From an uncultured Spirochaetota bacterium (GTDB taxonomy: Bacteria; Spirochaetota; Spirochaetia; SZUA-6; Fen-1364), in NCBI GenBank assembly GCA_963745235.1, contig CAVUXE010000053.1, positions 128,001 to 192,000 of the forward strand: a stretch of 64,000 nucleotides of DNA, in the 5' to 3' direction. This document shows, in pieces, positions 21,244-31,660 of the stretch. Positions within the stretch are counted from its first letter, which is position 1. Each line of letters opens with the position of its first letter. Under the pieces are notes generated by a model. The model saw nothing but the letters and a program-made list of their open reading frames with translations. It was not told where the DNA came from and did not search any database. A program made the translations under genes and the position numbers.

Positions 21244-22525
21244 CTACGATCTGTAGTCCGCGTTTTCTCTGACGTACTCGTAGGACAGATCAGATCCAAG
21301 CACTTCCACGGATGCCGGTGACGTCCCGAGAATCACTTCGATATCGACGGTCCTGTCATGTTGCGGCCAGGGCGGGCGCTTGCTGTCCAAGGCCCGTTCT
21401 TTCAAGTACTGATTGAGCTTTTCCTCCCTGTCCGAGTCCAGGCGGAAAGAGCCCGCCGCGAATATGTCGATCCCGCCCATGCGGACTGTCATTGCCGCGG
21501 GGTCGAAAGGCTCTCCGGCATTCCCCATGTAGTCACCGACCGCCGAGACGATCCTGCCGACGTTCGGGTCATTCCCGAAGATCGCCGTCTTGACCAGGGG
21601 TGAATTCACGATGGCGCGCGCCACCGACACCGCCGTGCGCTCATTTGCGGTTCCCCCGACTTTCACCCGCACGACGTGCCCGACACCTTCCGCGTTGCGC
21701 ATGATGTCGAAGGCGAGGCCGGAGAGGACCTCCAGGAGCCCCCGTCGAAAATCCTCCCGCGTGCACGGGCCGCGACGTCCGGAGGAGAGGAGGATGGCAG
21801 TGTCGCTGGTGCTCTGATCGCTATCCACGGAGATGCGGTTCAGGGACCTTTCCACGCACCATGCCAGGTCCTCGCGCAGCGCCTTGCGGGGCACAGCCAC
21901 GTCCGTGCATGCGAAGCAGAGCATGGTGGCCATGTTCGGCTCGATCATGCCGGCCCCCTTTGCCACCGCCACGATCGTTCCCTTGCCCACGGAGGCACGC
22001 CGGACTTTCGGGAAAGCGTCCGTGGTCATGATTGCGCGGGCGACAGGCAGGATGGACCCGCCGCCCAGGCCGGCCACGAGTCGCGGGAGCGTCTCCTCCA
22101 TTTCATGCAACGGCAATCCCCAACCGATGATCCCGGTGGAGGCGGCAAAGAAACCCTCCGCGGGCGCGTCCACCAGGACGCCAAGAGCCCTCAGCAGCGC
22201 CTGCGCGTCCTCCTCCCCGTGAGGGGCGCAGACGTTGGAGATCTTGTTGTTGACGAGCACGCCCCGGATGGCGTTCTCCGTCAGTCTCCGGCGGCCAACG
22301 AGCACAGGAGCTCCCGGGAAGCGGTTCTTCGTAAAGACAGCCGCAAAATCCGGGGAAGGCTCATCCAGGAGAATGAGGGCGAGGTTCATGGGGAGGGGGC
22401 TCGTAACGGTCCGTTCCCGCGGAAAAAACTCAAGGGACGCGGTGGCGCACCGAAATCCATCCGGGCAGGGTGGATCGAGATTCCAGCTCTTTCAGGTAGC
22501 CCGCTTCCGAAACGAATGATTCCAC
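21244..22525 (-). CDS. argJ: Bifunctional ornithine acetyltransferase/N-acetylglutamate synthase (+1 indel near 22462)
   Basis: STGIIG, IMTTD, KGAGMIEPNMATML, DSDQSTSD, NSPLVKTA, DPNVGRI and DLSYEYVRENADYRS motifs. Confidence 0.93.
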
Positions 22526-22557
22526 CCGGTTCTTATACCCGGGGGACCGATAAAGTT

Positions 22558-23604
22558 TCAACCGCCCGCCTGGAGCGTGATCAGGAGGGGCAGGTGATCC
22601 GAGTATCCCCGCTCCGCCTTGAGGTGGGTCCACGCGCGGGGCGTTCCATCAGGCCGCAGGAGGAATGGAAGCCTGAGGACGCGGAAGCCGCCTTTCCTGT
22701 AGTGAAAGCCGCGGGAGTCGAACAAGCCTGCCGAAAGCAGGATGTGGTCCATGGTCTCCCACTCTCCCTGGTAGTAGTACGAGCCCCGTTCCGCCGCGGG
22801 CAGCTCCAGCCACGGTTCATACAGAATGACGCGCCCAGATGCGTCCACCCCTGGCGCAAGAGCTCCGTCCGCGAGAAAGAGGCTGGAAGCCGAGTACGCC
22901 GCGGGGGTCCTGCGTGAGGCCGTGACAAGAGCGGTCTGGTAGCTGCCGCCGACTCTCTCGAGCTCGTCACAATTCTCGTTCATGTCACCGGCGACTATGA
23001 TATGCGCCCCGGGCTCTTCGGCGAGTATCTCTTTGATCCTGCCGACCACTATCCCCGCTGATTCAAGGCGGGAGCGTTCGGTGGCCCGGGCGCCGCCGGC
23101 CTTCGACTTCCAGTGATCATCGAAAAGGTGAAGGACGCCGTCTTTCGTTTCGATCTCGGCTTCAATGACGTCCCGGACAGGGTTCTTGCGCCACGCGTGG
23201 ACCGCGTTGGAGCGTACATGGGAGACGGGCAACCTGCTCGCAATGGCGACATTGGCGGCAAGCTTCTTCTTGGGCACCAGGACGGACCAGGTGTATCCCA
23301 TGCCGGAAAGTCCCGTGGTGAGAAGGACGTGCAGCGCGTTCTCGTTTTCAACTTCCTGCAGCAGGAGCACGTCCGGACCGCCCGGCACTGCCTTTCTCAC
23401 CACTTCCGCTATGGTCTCCACTCTCATAAGAAACAGGTCAGTGTTCCATCCGCCCCTGGCCGGATCGAACTCTGGAAACTCTGAGCCGTCATGAACGTCG
23501 TCGAAGAGGTTTTCGACGTTGTAGGTGAGGATGGTGACGTCCCGAGCGGATACCGGCCAAAGCTGGGAGAGCAGCAGGACGACGGAAAGGATGAGGCGCT
23601 TCAC
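22558..23604 (-). CDS. Secreted endonuclease/exonuclease/phosphatase-family protein
   Basis: Signal peptide; YNVENLFD, LQEVEN, HWKSK, GDMN and GYSDHLP motifs. Confidence 0.9.
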   Translation of the reverse strand: MKRLILSVVLLLSQLWPVSARDVTILTYNVENLFDDVHDGSEFPEFDPARGGWNTDLFLMRVETIAEVVRKAVPGGPDVLLLQEVENENALHVLLTTGLSGMGYTWSVLVPKKKLAANVAIASRLPVSHVRSNAVHAWRKNPVRDVIEAEIETKDGVLHLFDDHWKSKAGGARATERSRLESAGIVVGRIKEILAEEPGAHIIVAGDMNENCDELERVGGSYQTALVTASRRTPAAYSASSLFLADGALAPGVDASGRVILYEPWLELPAAERGSYYYQGEWETMDHILLSAGLFDSRGFHYRKGGFRVLRLPFLLRPDGTPRAWTHLKAERGYSDHLPLLITLQAGG

Positions 23605-23632
23605 GTTTTTGAAAGCCCCCCTTGAAAGCTCC

Positions 23633-24629
23633 CTAAGAAGCGATTGAGCCTGATGTCATTGAGCCGCCGGCCCTGTCACTGATTGCGCGCATCACGATGG
23701 CCGCCTCTTCCCGGGCGCCCGCCGCGCGGGCGGTGAAGCTCCTGCCGGTGATGGTCTGCCAGGCGGTGATGTATCGCCAGGCAACCTCTATCCTTATGTC
23801 ATCCGGGATGAGGGGAGCGGGTCCGTCCCCTTTCCAACTTCGGGCAAGCAGCCACTGCCGCAGGTACTCTTTGTCCAGCTCCCGCTGGGGCTCACCCGCC
23901 TTGAAGAGCCTCTCCCACGTGTCGGCGTGCCAGTAGCGGCTCGAATCAGGAGTGTGGAGCTCATCAACGAGCATGAGGGTGCTTCCCTGGAGGCCGAACT
24001 CGTACTTCGTGTCCACGAGGATGAGGCCCCTGCGGGAAGCCACCTGGACACCCCGCTGGTACAGCGCCCTCGCGATCTCCTCGACTTTCTCCCATAGCTT
24101 CTGTTCCACTTTTCCGCTTGCCAGGACCTCTTCCCGTGAGACGGGCCTGTCATGGGTCCCCTTCCCCTCCTTGGTGGACGGCGTGATCAGGGGAACGTCG
24201 AATCTCTGGTTGAGGCGCATCCCCGCCGGCAGCTTGATGCCGGAGACATTGGCGCCGGCCTGGTAGTCCCGCCAGGCCGAGCCGGTAAGGTAGCCGCGGA
24301 CAACCACCTCAAACGGCAGCACGTCGCACCGGGCAGCGCGCACGGTGCGCGCGCGACAGCTCTTCCCGCACGTGATTGGAGATGATGTCCTGGGTGTCCG
24401 CAAACCAGAAGAGGGAGAGCGTGTTCAGCACTTCTCCCTTGCACGGCACGGTGGTGAGGACGCTGTCAAATGCCGAGATGCGGTCCGTAGTGGTGATCAG
24501 GAGCTCCTGCCCCAGGTCCACCACGTCCCTGACCTTCCCGCTGGTCACCCGAACGCCCCTGGGGAATGCCCCGCGCTCCAGCTGTCCGAGGCATTGCTCA
24601 AGGTGGGCGGGGAGGTCTTCTTTTTTCAC
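23633..24629 (-). CDS. purC: SAICAR synthase (indel near 24350)
   Basis: [51 protein letters not shown] and DKEYLRQW motifs. Confidence 0.93.
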
Positions 24630-25222
24630 CCCTTGATCTCGTCCCGCCTGCGAATGACGCGCGACAAAAGCCCGTAGGAGACCGCTTCTTCCGCGTTCAT
24701 CCAGTAGTCCCGGTCAGTGTCCTTTTCCACCTTGGTGAGCTGCTGACCCGTTTCCTCAGAAATCAGCCGGTTGATCTTGGCGCGAAGCTTTTCGATCTCC
24801 TTGGCGTGAATCTCGATCTCCGTGGCCACACCGCGGGTTCCGCTCATGGGCTGATGGATGAGGTAGTGAGAGTTGGGCAGTCCGATGCGACGGTCCCGCG
24901 GGGCCGCGAGGATGATGATGGCGGCGGCGCTTGCCACCAGTCCCATCCCGATCATGGTGATCTCCGGCTTCACGAAGCGCATCATGTCGAAGATGGCATA
25001 GCCGGCATCAGCGTCTCCGCCGGGTGAGTCTATGTAGACCCTGATGGGATCCGCGCTTTCCTCTTCCAGAAGGATGAGGGACCTGATGACCCTCTCAGCA
25101 AGCGGCTTGTTGATCTCTCCCGAAACCATGACGGTGCGGGACTTGAGCATCCGGGCGAAGAACAACCCTTCGTCTGCGCGGGGCGGTCCTTCCGGTTCTA
25201 CGGGCTTGTCCTGTATTTTCAT
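24626..25222 (-). CDS. clpP: ATP-dependent Clp protease proteolytic subunit
   Basis: YIDSPGG, GLVASAA (catalytic Ser), IHQP and [18 protein letters not shown] motifs. Confidence 0.93.
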   Translation of the reverse strand: MKIQDKPVEPEGPPRADEGLFFARMLKSRTVMVSGEINKPLAERVIRSLILLEEESADPIRVYIDSPGGDADAGYAIFDMMRFVKPEITMIGMGLVASAAAIIILAAPRDRRIGLPNSHYLIHQPMSGTRGVATEIEIHAKEIEKLRAKINRLISEETGQQLTKVEKDTDRDYWMNAEEAVSYGLLSRVIRRRDEIKG

Positions 25223-25270
25223 ACTATCGCTTACAATAAGAAATTTCCCGGTGAATGTCACGCCTCCGAC

Positions 25271-25301
25271 AAAAAAAGGCCGGGGCATCTCTGCCCCGGC
25301 C
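25271..25301 (-). terminator. Intrinsic terminator of the candidate sRNA
   Basis: GGCCGGGGCA-GAGA-TGCCCCGGCC followed by T7 on the minus strand. Confidence 0.85.
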
Positions 25302-25366
25302 ACCCGTCAATCTTCCGTCCTCCAATTGGTACTGGAGGTTGTGGGGCGGAAGACTCCCAAAAACAG
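25271..25366 (-). ncRNA. Candidate ~95-nt small RNA
   Basis: Bounded by TTGACA-16-TATACT (25399-25372) and an intrinsic terminator; internal hairpin TCTTCCG/CGGAAGA plus CCTCCA/TGGAGG. Confidence 0.6.
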
Positions 25367-25540
25367 AGTATAGTATACATCCCTTTCCGGCAGTGTCAAC
25401 GGAAAAGCCGGGCGGGATCGCAAAAAGTGCCGTTTTTACTGGGAAAAATGGTGATCGCGTGTGTAGCTTTCACCGCGCCCACCGGCATCCCATTGCATGA
25501 TATCCGAGATTTCCCCACAATAGCCTCGGGAGGAATGTGA

Positions 25541-26410
25541 ATGAAGGCGCGGCTGGCTTTGATAGGAGGAAGCGGGCTGTATACAATGGCGGGTGCGCTC
25601 CCCCTCGAAGAGATGGAGGTGCCCACACCCTGGGGCCTGCCGTCTGACCTCGTGACCCTTGCCGAGGTGGGGGGTGAGCCGGTTGCTTTTCTGCCCCGCC
25701 ACGGCAAAGGGCACAGGTATCTTCCCTCCGAAGTCCCGTCCCTGGCCAACATCTGGGCACTCAAGTCCCTGGGAGTCCAGCAGATCATCTCTGTGAGCGC
25801 GGTGGGCTCCCTTTCGGAGAGCTTTGCCCCGGGGGATTTCGTCCTCTGCGACGAGCTGATCGACAGGACCACCAGGAAGCCGGGAAGCTTCTTCGGGCAG
25901 GGGGTGGTTGGCCACGTGGGGTTCGCTGATCCGTTCTGCGCCGGGATGCGCGCCGCCATGGCGGACGTGCTCCAGCGGCACGGCCACCCCCACCATGCCT
26001 CCGGAACCTACGTCTGCATGGAGGGACCCGCCTTCTCCACCCGGGCTGAATCCCATCTGCACAGGTCGTGGCGGGCGGAGCTGATAGGGATGACCGCCGT
26101 CCCGGAAGCCAAGCTCGCAAGGGAGGCGGAGATCTGCTACGCAACCATCGCCATGGTCACGGATTACGACTCCTGGAAGTCGAACGAGGAGAGCGTGAGC
26201 GTGGAAATGGTGGTGGAAACCATGAAAAGAAACACGGCGGCGGTCCAGGAGATGCTCCCTGATATCGTGACCGCCCTGAAGGGACGCGACGATTGCGACT
26301 GCCGGCATGCCGCCCGGAGCGCCATCATGACGGAGGTCGGCCTGATTCCGTATGACGTTCGGCGGAAACTTGCGCTGTTCTATGATCGCTACTGGACAGG
26401 GAGAGGGTGA
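25541..26410 (+). CDS. mtnP: S-methyl-5'-thioadenosine phosphorylase
   Basis: IGGSGLY, PRHG, SAVGSL, EGPAFSTRAES, GMTAVPEAKLAREAE and VTDYD motifs. Confidence 0.93.
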   Translation: MKARLALIGGSGLYTMAGALPLEEMEVPTPWGLPSDLVTLAEVGGEPVAFLPRHGKGHRYLPSEVPSLANIWALKSLGVQQIISVSAVGSLSESFAPGDFVLCDELIDRTTRKPGSFFGQGVVGHVGFADPFCAGMRAAMADVLQRHGHPHHASGTYVCMEGPAFSTRAESHLHRSWRAELIGMTAVPEAKLAREAEICYATIAMVTDYDSWKSNEESVSVEMVVETMKRNTAAVQEMLPDIVTALKGRDDCDCRHAARSAIMTEVGLIPYDVRRKLALFYDRYWTGRG

Positions 26411-26417
26411 GAGCCGC

Positions 26418-27293
26418 TTGAAATCCGCCGTCGTTGCCGTGGTCGGGAGGCCCTCGGCGGGCAAATCCACCCTCGTGAACGCGCTCTGCGGCGCCAAGGT
26501 TTCGATAGTCTCCCCGGTCCCGCAGACCACGCGCAACCGGGTTCGCGGCATCCTCAACGCGGAGGACGCCCAGCTCGTCTTCATCGACACGCCGGGGTTC
26601 CATCTCTCGGAAAAGAAGATCAACACATATATGACGGGCCTTGTCTCCTCCGCGCTGGAGGAAGTGGACATTATCCTCTACGTTGTGGATGGGAGCAGGC
26701 TGGCTGGTGAGGAAGAAAAGGCGATAGCAGAGGCAGTTCGCCGGGCCCGGAAGCCGGTGGTGCTCTGCCTGAACAAGAAAGACGGCGCTGGCGAGTCATG
26801 GCCCGTCGTCAGGGAAGCGGCCGGCGCTTCCCTGCCCGGTGCTCCGCTCTTCGAGATCTCTGCCCTCACGGGAGACGGGCTCGATGCCCTTCGGGAGAAG
26901 CTGCTGGAGCTCAGCCCGAGCGGAGAGCAGATGTATCCGCCGGACTACTACACCGACCAGACGCCGGAGTTTCGCATTTCTGAAATCGTCCGTGAGAAAG
27001 TCATGCTGGGCACGCGGGAAGAAGTCCCGCATGCGGTGTACGTGCGCATCGAGGACCTCGAGATGCGGGACGAGGGGGCCATGCTCTGGGCGCGGGGGTT
27101 CATCTGCGTCGAGAGAGAGTCCCAGAAGGGCATCATTGTGGGGCGGGGGGGCGACAAGATTCGAGGGATCGTTCGCGAGTCCGAAGAGGAGCTGTCCCAG
27201 ATCTTCCCGTGGGTGGTGAAGCTCGACATGCGCGTGAAGGTGGACAAGCAATGGCGAAAGCGGGATCCGCTGCTGAAGAAACTGATCACGTAG
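26418..27293 (+). CDS. era: GTPase Era
   Basis: GRPSAGKSTL, PQTTR, DTPG and NKKD motifs; KH domain EEVPH...SQKGIIVGRGG. Confidence 0.95.
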   Translation: MKSAVVAVVGRPSAGKSTLVNALCGAKVSIVSPVPQTTRNRVRGILNAEDAQLVFIDTPGFHLSEKKINTYMTGLVSSALEEVDIILYVVDGSRLAGEEEKAIAEAVRRARKPVVLCLNKKDGAGESWPVVREAAGASLPGAPLFEISALTGDGLDALREKLLELSPSGEQMYPPDYYTDQTPEFRISEIVREKVMLGTREEVPHAVYVRIEDLEMRDEGAMLWARGFICVERESQKGIIVGRGGDKIRGIVRESEEELSQIFPWVVKLDMRVKVDKQWRKRDPLLKKLIT

Positions 27294-27319
27294 CAGCGCG
27301 GCTGGAGAATGAGCTTGTC

Positions 27320-29174
27320 TTACGACTTGTCCCGGACGGCCAGCACCTTGAGAAGAATCACCGGCGTCCGCGCGCTCTGCGGGTTCGTGACTCTTACGAC
27401 GAGAGTCGGTGAGCCGCCCGATGTGGAAGGAATGGACACCGTCTTGTCCCCTCCCGGACTGGACACTGACAGCGACTGCCCGCTTGCCGTCACCTTGAGC
27501 TTCACCTCACCGCCCTCCGCTGTGACGGGGATGTCAGCGGCCGGGGCGGAATCTCCCTGCCACTGAAGTCTGAGCACGGCCGCTCGTGAGGAATCCGGGG
27601 AGAGGCTCACCGTGTAGGAAACAGGCCCCTTGGCGATATTGACGCCCGGTAGTACCAGCGCACTGTCAGGGGGGAGCGTCAGGGCCCCAGGCGTAAATAC
27701 CGCCTTGCCCTCCAAGGCCATGGAGGAGGGCAGGTACGACCCCTCGAACCCGCTTGCGAACACGAGGTCCTGGCCGTACTTTCGCTGGGCAACTCTCAGG
27801 TACAGGCCCGGATCAGCGGATGGCCTGCCTTGGCTGTCACGATAGAAGACGCCGAACTCATCGATGACCCCTGTGAAGCCGCCGGGGCCGCCAATGACGG
27901 TGGTGCCGTCCTGGCGCACGGCCGACGCGGCAAAGGACACGGTGCGGGAGGACACGAGATCTCCATTCACGTACCACAGCGCGATCAGGGTCTGCCCCTG
28001 CGGAATAATGCTGAGAGACAGCAGGTATCTTTGGCCGGTGATCAGCCCCGGGCCCGACCAGGGAATAGTGACGGACTGACCCGTGCCCTGGATGACGGCC
28101 TGAGGCGCATGAGTAGTTCCATCAACGGCGATGGTGAAGGTGAAGCTCCCGTCCGACGTCGAGGCCACCAAGAGCTTGTTTGAGGCGGAGAAGCTGTCGA
28201 AGCTCACACCGAAGCTCGCCGTAAAGGGGCCCAGGACGCCTCCATCAACCGGGAGAGCCATCCATGCGAGGGAGAACCCCGCGCCGTTTGTAAGGCGATA
28301 GCCGAAGCCGTTCTCCGTCGAGACGATCTCCGGCGAGCCGATGGCAGAGGCCGAGGTCTTTCCCAGCTTCTTTGCGCCGGCTCCCGCGTCGTCCAGAGTC
28401 GCCTGGAGGCGCAGCAGCGTCAGGTATGAGTCAGCGGGGCCGAGGTCACCGCCCGCAGATTGTCCTCCCGTTGACACGTACACGTCCGTGGAAAGCGCGA
28501 TGGAAGAGGAGAAAGAGTAGTCGGAGTCAGCCGAGGGCGCCGGCCGGGAACATCTCCAGGGTGATCGTGTAGACGCCTTCGTCAGCGGGAACCGTCCAGA
28601 GGATCTTGCCAAGTCCCTGACTGAGTGCTCCCTTCTGGATGACCTTGCCCTTCCATGACCAGCGCAGCCAGGGGTCCGCGCCATCGGGATACTGGAGATC
28701 CGCCTTCAGGAGAACCTTCCCAGACGAGGCGATCACCGGCGGATAACTCTTGATGCCGGCAATCCGCCACCCGGGCGCCGCCACGAAGAAGTTCGAGCTC
28801 TTTTTTTGCGCAGTTTCGCCGGCGGAATAGATCACCACATCCATCCTGTACTGGCCAGGAGGCATGGATGGGGGCTGGATATAGAGCTGTTCGTTGACCG
28901 CCGGCACGGCCTGGCGGTTGTGCCATACGCTTGTTCCGGTTGCAGTGGTGAGGGTGACCTCCATCTCCAGGTCCTTCGCCTTGGAAGCGTCCTGGACGCT
29001 GACCGTCAGGGGGACTCCCTTGCCATCAGTGAGGACCTGCCCGTCGGCAACGGTCGTCAACTGCAGGTCCGACGCCGGAGTGTTCAAGGACATGAAAAGC
29101 GACTGATCCCCGCATGAGGACACGAGACCGAGGACGATGAGGATCACAACTTTTTGGCCGATTTTGGGGATCAT
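27320..29174 (-). CDS. Lipoprotein with LamG/concanavalin-A-like domain (indel near 28540)
   Basis: Lipobox LVSSC; LWYVNG...VIGG...FTGVIDEFGVF LamG-like motif in the second frame. Confidence 0.7.
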
Positions 29175-29206
29175 CTAGGTCTAATATACCACGAGGGGGG
29201 CTCAAA

Positions 29207-29536
29207 TCAAGGCCGGCCCGCCCGGCCCGCCATGTGGAGGACCTCGATCTCGACGTCTCCGTAGACGTAGCTCTGGCAGGCCAGCCGGATATCAGGGCCG
29301 GACGGCTCTCCCTGGGCCGCCAACTGGGCCAGGAGGTGCGTTTCCCTGTCCTTTCGGGGGCTGAAAAACCGATCCCCTGACCTGATTCGGATGATGTCCC
29401 GCCCGCATTGCGCCTTCCCTCCGCAGATGGTTTGAATGGGAAAGCCGTTTCGAAGAAGGATGTTCAGGATGGAGGTGGTCAGGTTGCCTTCGAAAACATG
29501 CGATGTACCGTGGATCCTGATTCTTGGCGCTGTCAT
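29207..29536 (-). CDS. 2Fe-2S ferredoxin-like protein
   Basis: CGGKAQCGRD...RLACQ (third Cys replaced by Asp). Confidence 0.8.
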   Translation of the reverse strand: MTAPRIRIHGTSHVFEGNLTTSILNILLRNGFPIQTICGGKAQCGRDIIRIRSGDRFFSPRKDRETHLLAQLAAQGEPSGPDIRLACQSYVYGDVEIEVLHMAGRAGRP

Positions 29537-29539
29537 GGG

Positions 29540-30202
29540 CTACAGGTCCCTGGACGGGCAAAGGTCCCGGACCGGACATCCCGCGTGATCCGGCTTGCGC
29601 GCTGCGCAGCAGCGGCGCCCATGGAACGTGACCGCATGCGAAAACGCAGTCCACTGGCCGGGAGGCAGGAGAGCGTTTATGTCCTCCTCGATCCTGTCCG
29701 GATCATCACTCTCCGTCAGGCCCAGGCGCAGGGTGACCCGGCGGAAGTGTGTATCCACCACGATTGCCGGCCTGCCAAAACACGTCCCAAGAACGACGTT
29801 GGCGGTCTTTCGACCAACCCCGGGAAGGGTAAGCAACTCCTCCATGGTGGAGGGAAAGCCTGCGGGAAAGCCCGTGACAAGGGCGGCAGAGGCGCCTTTG
29901 ATGCTTTTTGCCTTGTTATGGAAGAAACCCGTCGAACGAATGAGCGCTTCCAGCTCTTCGATGCTGGATTTCGCCATGGCCGCCGGCGTGGCAAATCGCT
30001 TGAAAAGCGCAGGCGTCACCTTGTTTACCCGTTCATCCGTGCACTGGGCGGCGAGGATGGTCGCGACGAGAAGCTGGAACGCATCCGTGTGGTCGAGCAT
30101 GCACCGTGCGTCAGGGTAGGAGGCGATCAGGATCCTGGCGATTTTCCTGGCGCGCGCGGCCAGCCCGGCGTCACGCGCGTGTGCGGGCTTTGGAGTTCGC
30201 AT
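29540..30202 (-). CDS. nth: Endonuclease III
   Basis: LAAQCTDERVN, HhH LPGVGRKTANVV, VDTH and an Fe-S-like C-terminus. Confidence 0.95.
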   Translation of the reverse strand: MRTPKPAHARDAGLAARARKIARILIASYPDARCMLDHTDAFQLLVATILAAQCTDERVNKVTPALFKRFATPAAMAKSSIEELEALIRSTGFFHNKAKSIKGASAALVTGFPAGFPSTMEELLTLPGVGRKTANVVLGTCFGRPAIVVDTHFRRVTLRLGLTESDDPDRIEEDINALLPPGQWTAFSHAVTFHGRRCCAARKPDHAGCPVRDLCPSRDL

Positions 30203-30264
30203 ATGCTTCCTTAGAATCTATCCTTTTCCTTTACTTTGCTGCAACCGGTGATTATATCTTTGCC

Positions 30265-30726
30265 ATGATCCATGCCATTTACCAGCTGCTTGGCCGGCTT
30301 GGCTACGATCACCCCATCCATCCGCCGGCCACGCACGTCACCATAGGGCTCACGATTGGAACGCTTGTCTTCGGCCTGATCTCGGTCATCTTCCGACGCC
30401 CCCGACTGAAACTTACGGCCTGGCATTGCGCCTTGCTTGCCACAGTGAGCGTTGTCCCCACGGCTCTCCTTGGCCTGATGGATTGGCAGGAGAAGCTCCA
30501 TGGGCAATGGATTGCGCCCATCATCATAAAGATGATCCTTGCGGGAGCGCTGTTCGTCGTCCTGTTCGTTGCCCTCTTCCTGGGAAGCGGGGCTCAGGGT
30601 GAGACCGTCGGCGGTTCCCAGAGCGTGTGGCGCAGCCCGAGAGCCATTGTCGCCCTTTGTCTGTATGGGGTGTGCTTCTGCCTTGTCACCCTGCTGGGCT
30701 ACTACGGCGCCAGCCTGGTTTATTGA
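30265..30726 (+). CDS. DUF2231-like membrane protein
   Basis: HPIHPPATH motif, four TM helices, C-terminal GYYGASLVY. Confidence 0.7.
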   Translation: MIHAIYQLLGRLGYDHPIHPPATHVTIGLTIGTLVFGLISVIFRRPRLKLTAWHCALLATVSVVPTALLGLMDWQEKLHGQWIAPIIIKMILAGALFVVLFVALFLGSGAQGETVGGSQSVWRSPRAIVALCLYGVCFCLVTLLGYYGASLVY

Positions 30727-30776
30727 CGGGCAACCCTGCGCTGATCAGGGCGGCGCGGCGCAAGGAATCGGGGTTC

Positions 30777-30828
30777 TTGACAAGGCCCTGATTCTGCATT
30801 TCAATTCGCATCTCTCATAAATATTCCA
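30777..30828 (+). promoter_or_regulatory. argR promoter with two ARG-box-like sites
   Basis: TTGACA at 30777; TGCAT-TTCA-ATTCG and CTCAT-AAAT-ATTCC resemble TGAAT-N4-ATTCA. Confidence 0.55.
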
Positions 30829-30875
30829 CGCGCGATCCCGGCAAGGACCAGCAGCGACGCGCAAGGAGGACTGAT

Positions 30876-31330
30876 CTGAAAAGTCAGGAAGCGCGACGCC
30901 GGTTGATCCACGGCATCCTGCACTCGGAAAAGATCCACAGCCAGGAGGAGCTCCTGAAGCGGCTGGAGAGGGAGGGCATCGACGTGACGCAGGCAACCCT
31001 CTCGCGTGACCTGAAGTTCCTCGGTGTCGCCAGAATACCGGATCAGGACGGTGAATACGTCTACACGGTGGACGCGCCTGTCGACGTCGCCCCGGATCCC
31101 TTCATGCGTGACGACATGCGTCGCGAGATCGTGAGCATCGATTTCTCGGGGAACCTGGCGGTCATAAAGACCAAGATGGGGCACGCGGCCGGGCATCGCC
31201 TTCGGCATCGACCAGCTGAAGATGAAAGACGTGATCGGAACGGTGGGCGGGGACGACACGCTCCTGGTCGTGCTTCGCGAAGGCACCGACAGGGGCAGGC
31301 TTCTCAAGGAGCTCATGGGAGAGGCATAGG
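30876..31330 (+). CDS. argR: Arginine repressor (+1 indel near 31191; apparent CTG start)
   Basis: SQEELL...VTQATLSRDLKFLG; second frame IGTVGGDDTLLVV. Confidence 0.92.
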
Positions 31331-31399
31331 CCATTCGTCCCCGGCACGCGCACCCCGGCATGCAGGGGCGCCGGGAGCGGACACGCGGAGCGGGCCGCC

Positions 31400-31428
31400 T
31401 TGACCCCGCCGGTGGAATGACGTACGTT
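31400..31428 (+). promoter_or_regulatory. Promoter of the tRNA pair
   Basis: TTGACC-17-TACGTT. Confidence 0.5.
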
Positions 31429-31475
31429 TCCACCCGGCGGGAAATCTCCGGCATGCGATGCAGCTTCCCGTGCGG

Positions 31476-31548
31476 CGGGATGTAGCCTAGCGGCTAAGGC
31501 GCCTGCTTTGGGAGCAGGAGATCGTTGGTTCGAATCCAATCATCCCGA
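31476..31548 (+). tRNA. tRNA-Pro(TGG)
   Basis: Acceptor CGGGATG/CATCCCG, anticodon arm CCTGC-TTTGGGA-GCAGG, T loop TTCGAAT; CCA not encoded. Confidence 0.97.
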
Positions 31549-31552
31549 TCTC

Positions 31553-31626
31553 GCGTCCATAGCTCAGCTGGATAGAGCAACAGCCTTCTAAGCTGTGGGT
31601 CGCCCGTTCGAGTCAGGCTGGACGCG
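31553..31626 (+). tRNA. tRNA-Arg(TCT)
   Basis: Acceptor GCGTCCA/TGGACGC, anticodon arm ACAGC-CTTCTAA-GCTGT, T loop TTCGAGT with one T-stem mismatch. Confidence 0.95.
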
Positions 31627-31660
31627 ATTCCGTTGCAGCCTTGTTGCTTTGGAGCCTGAC

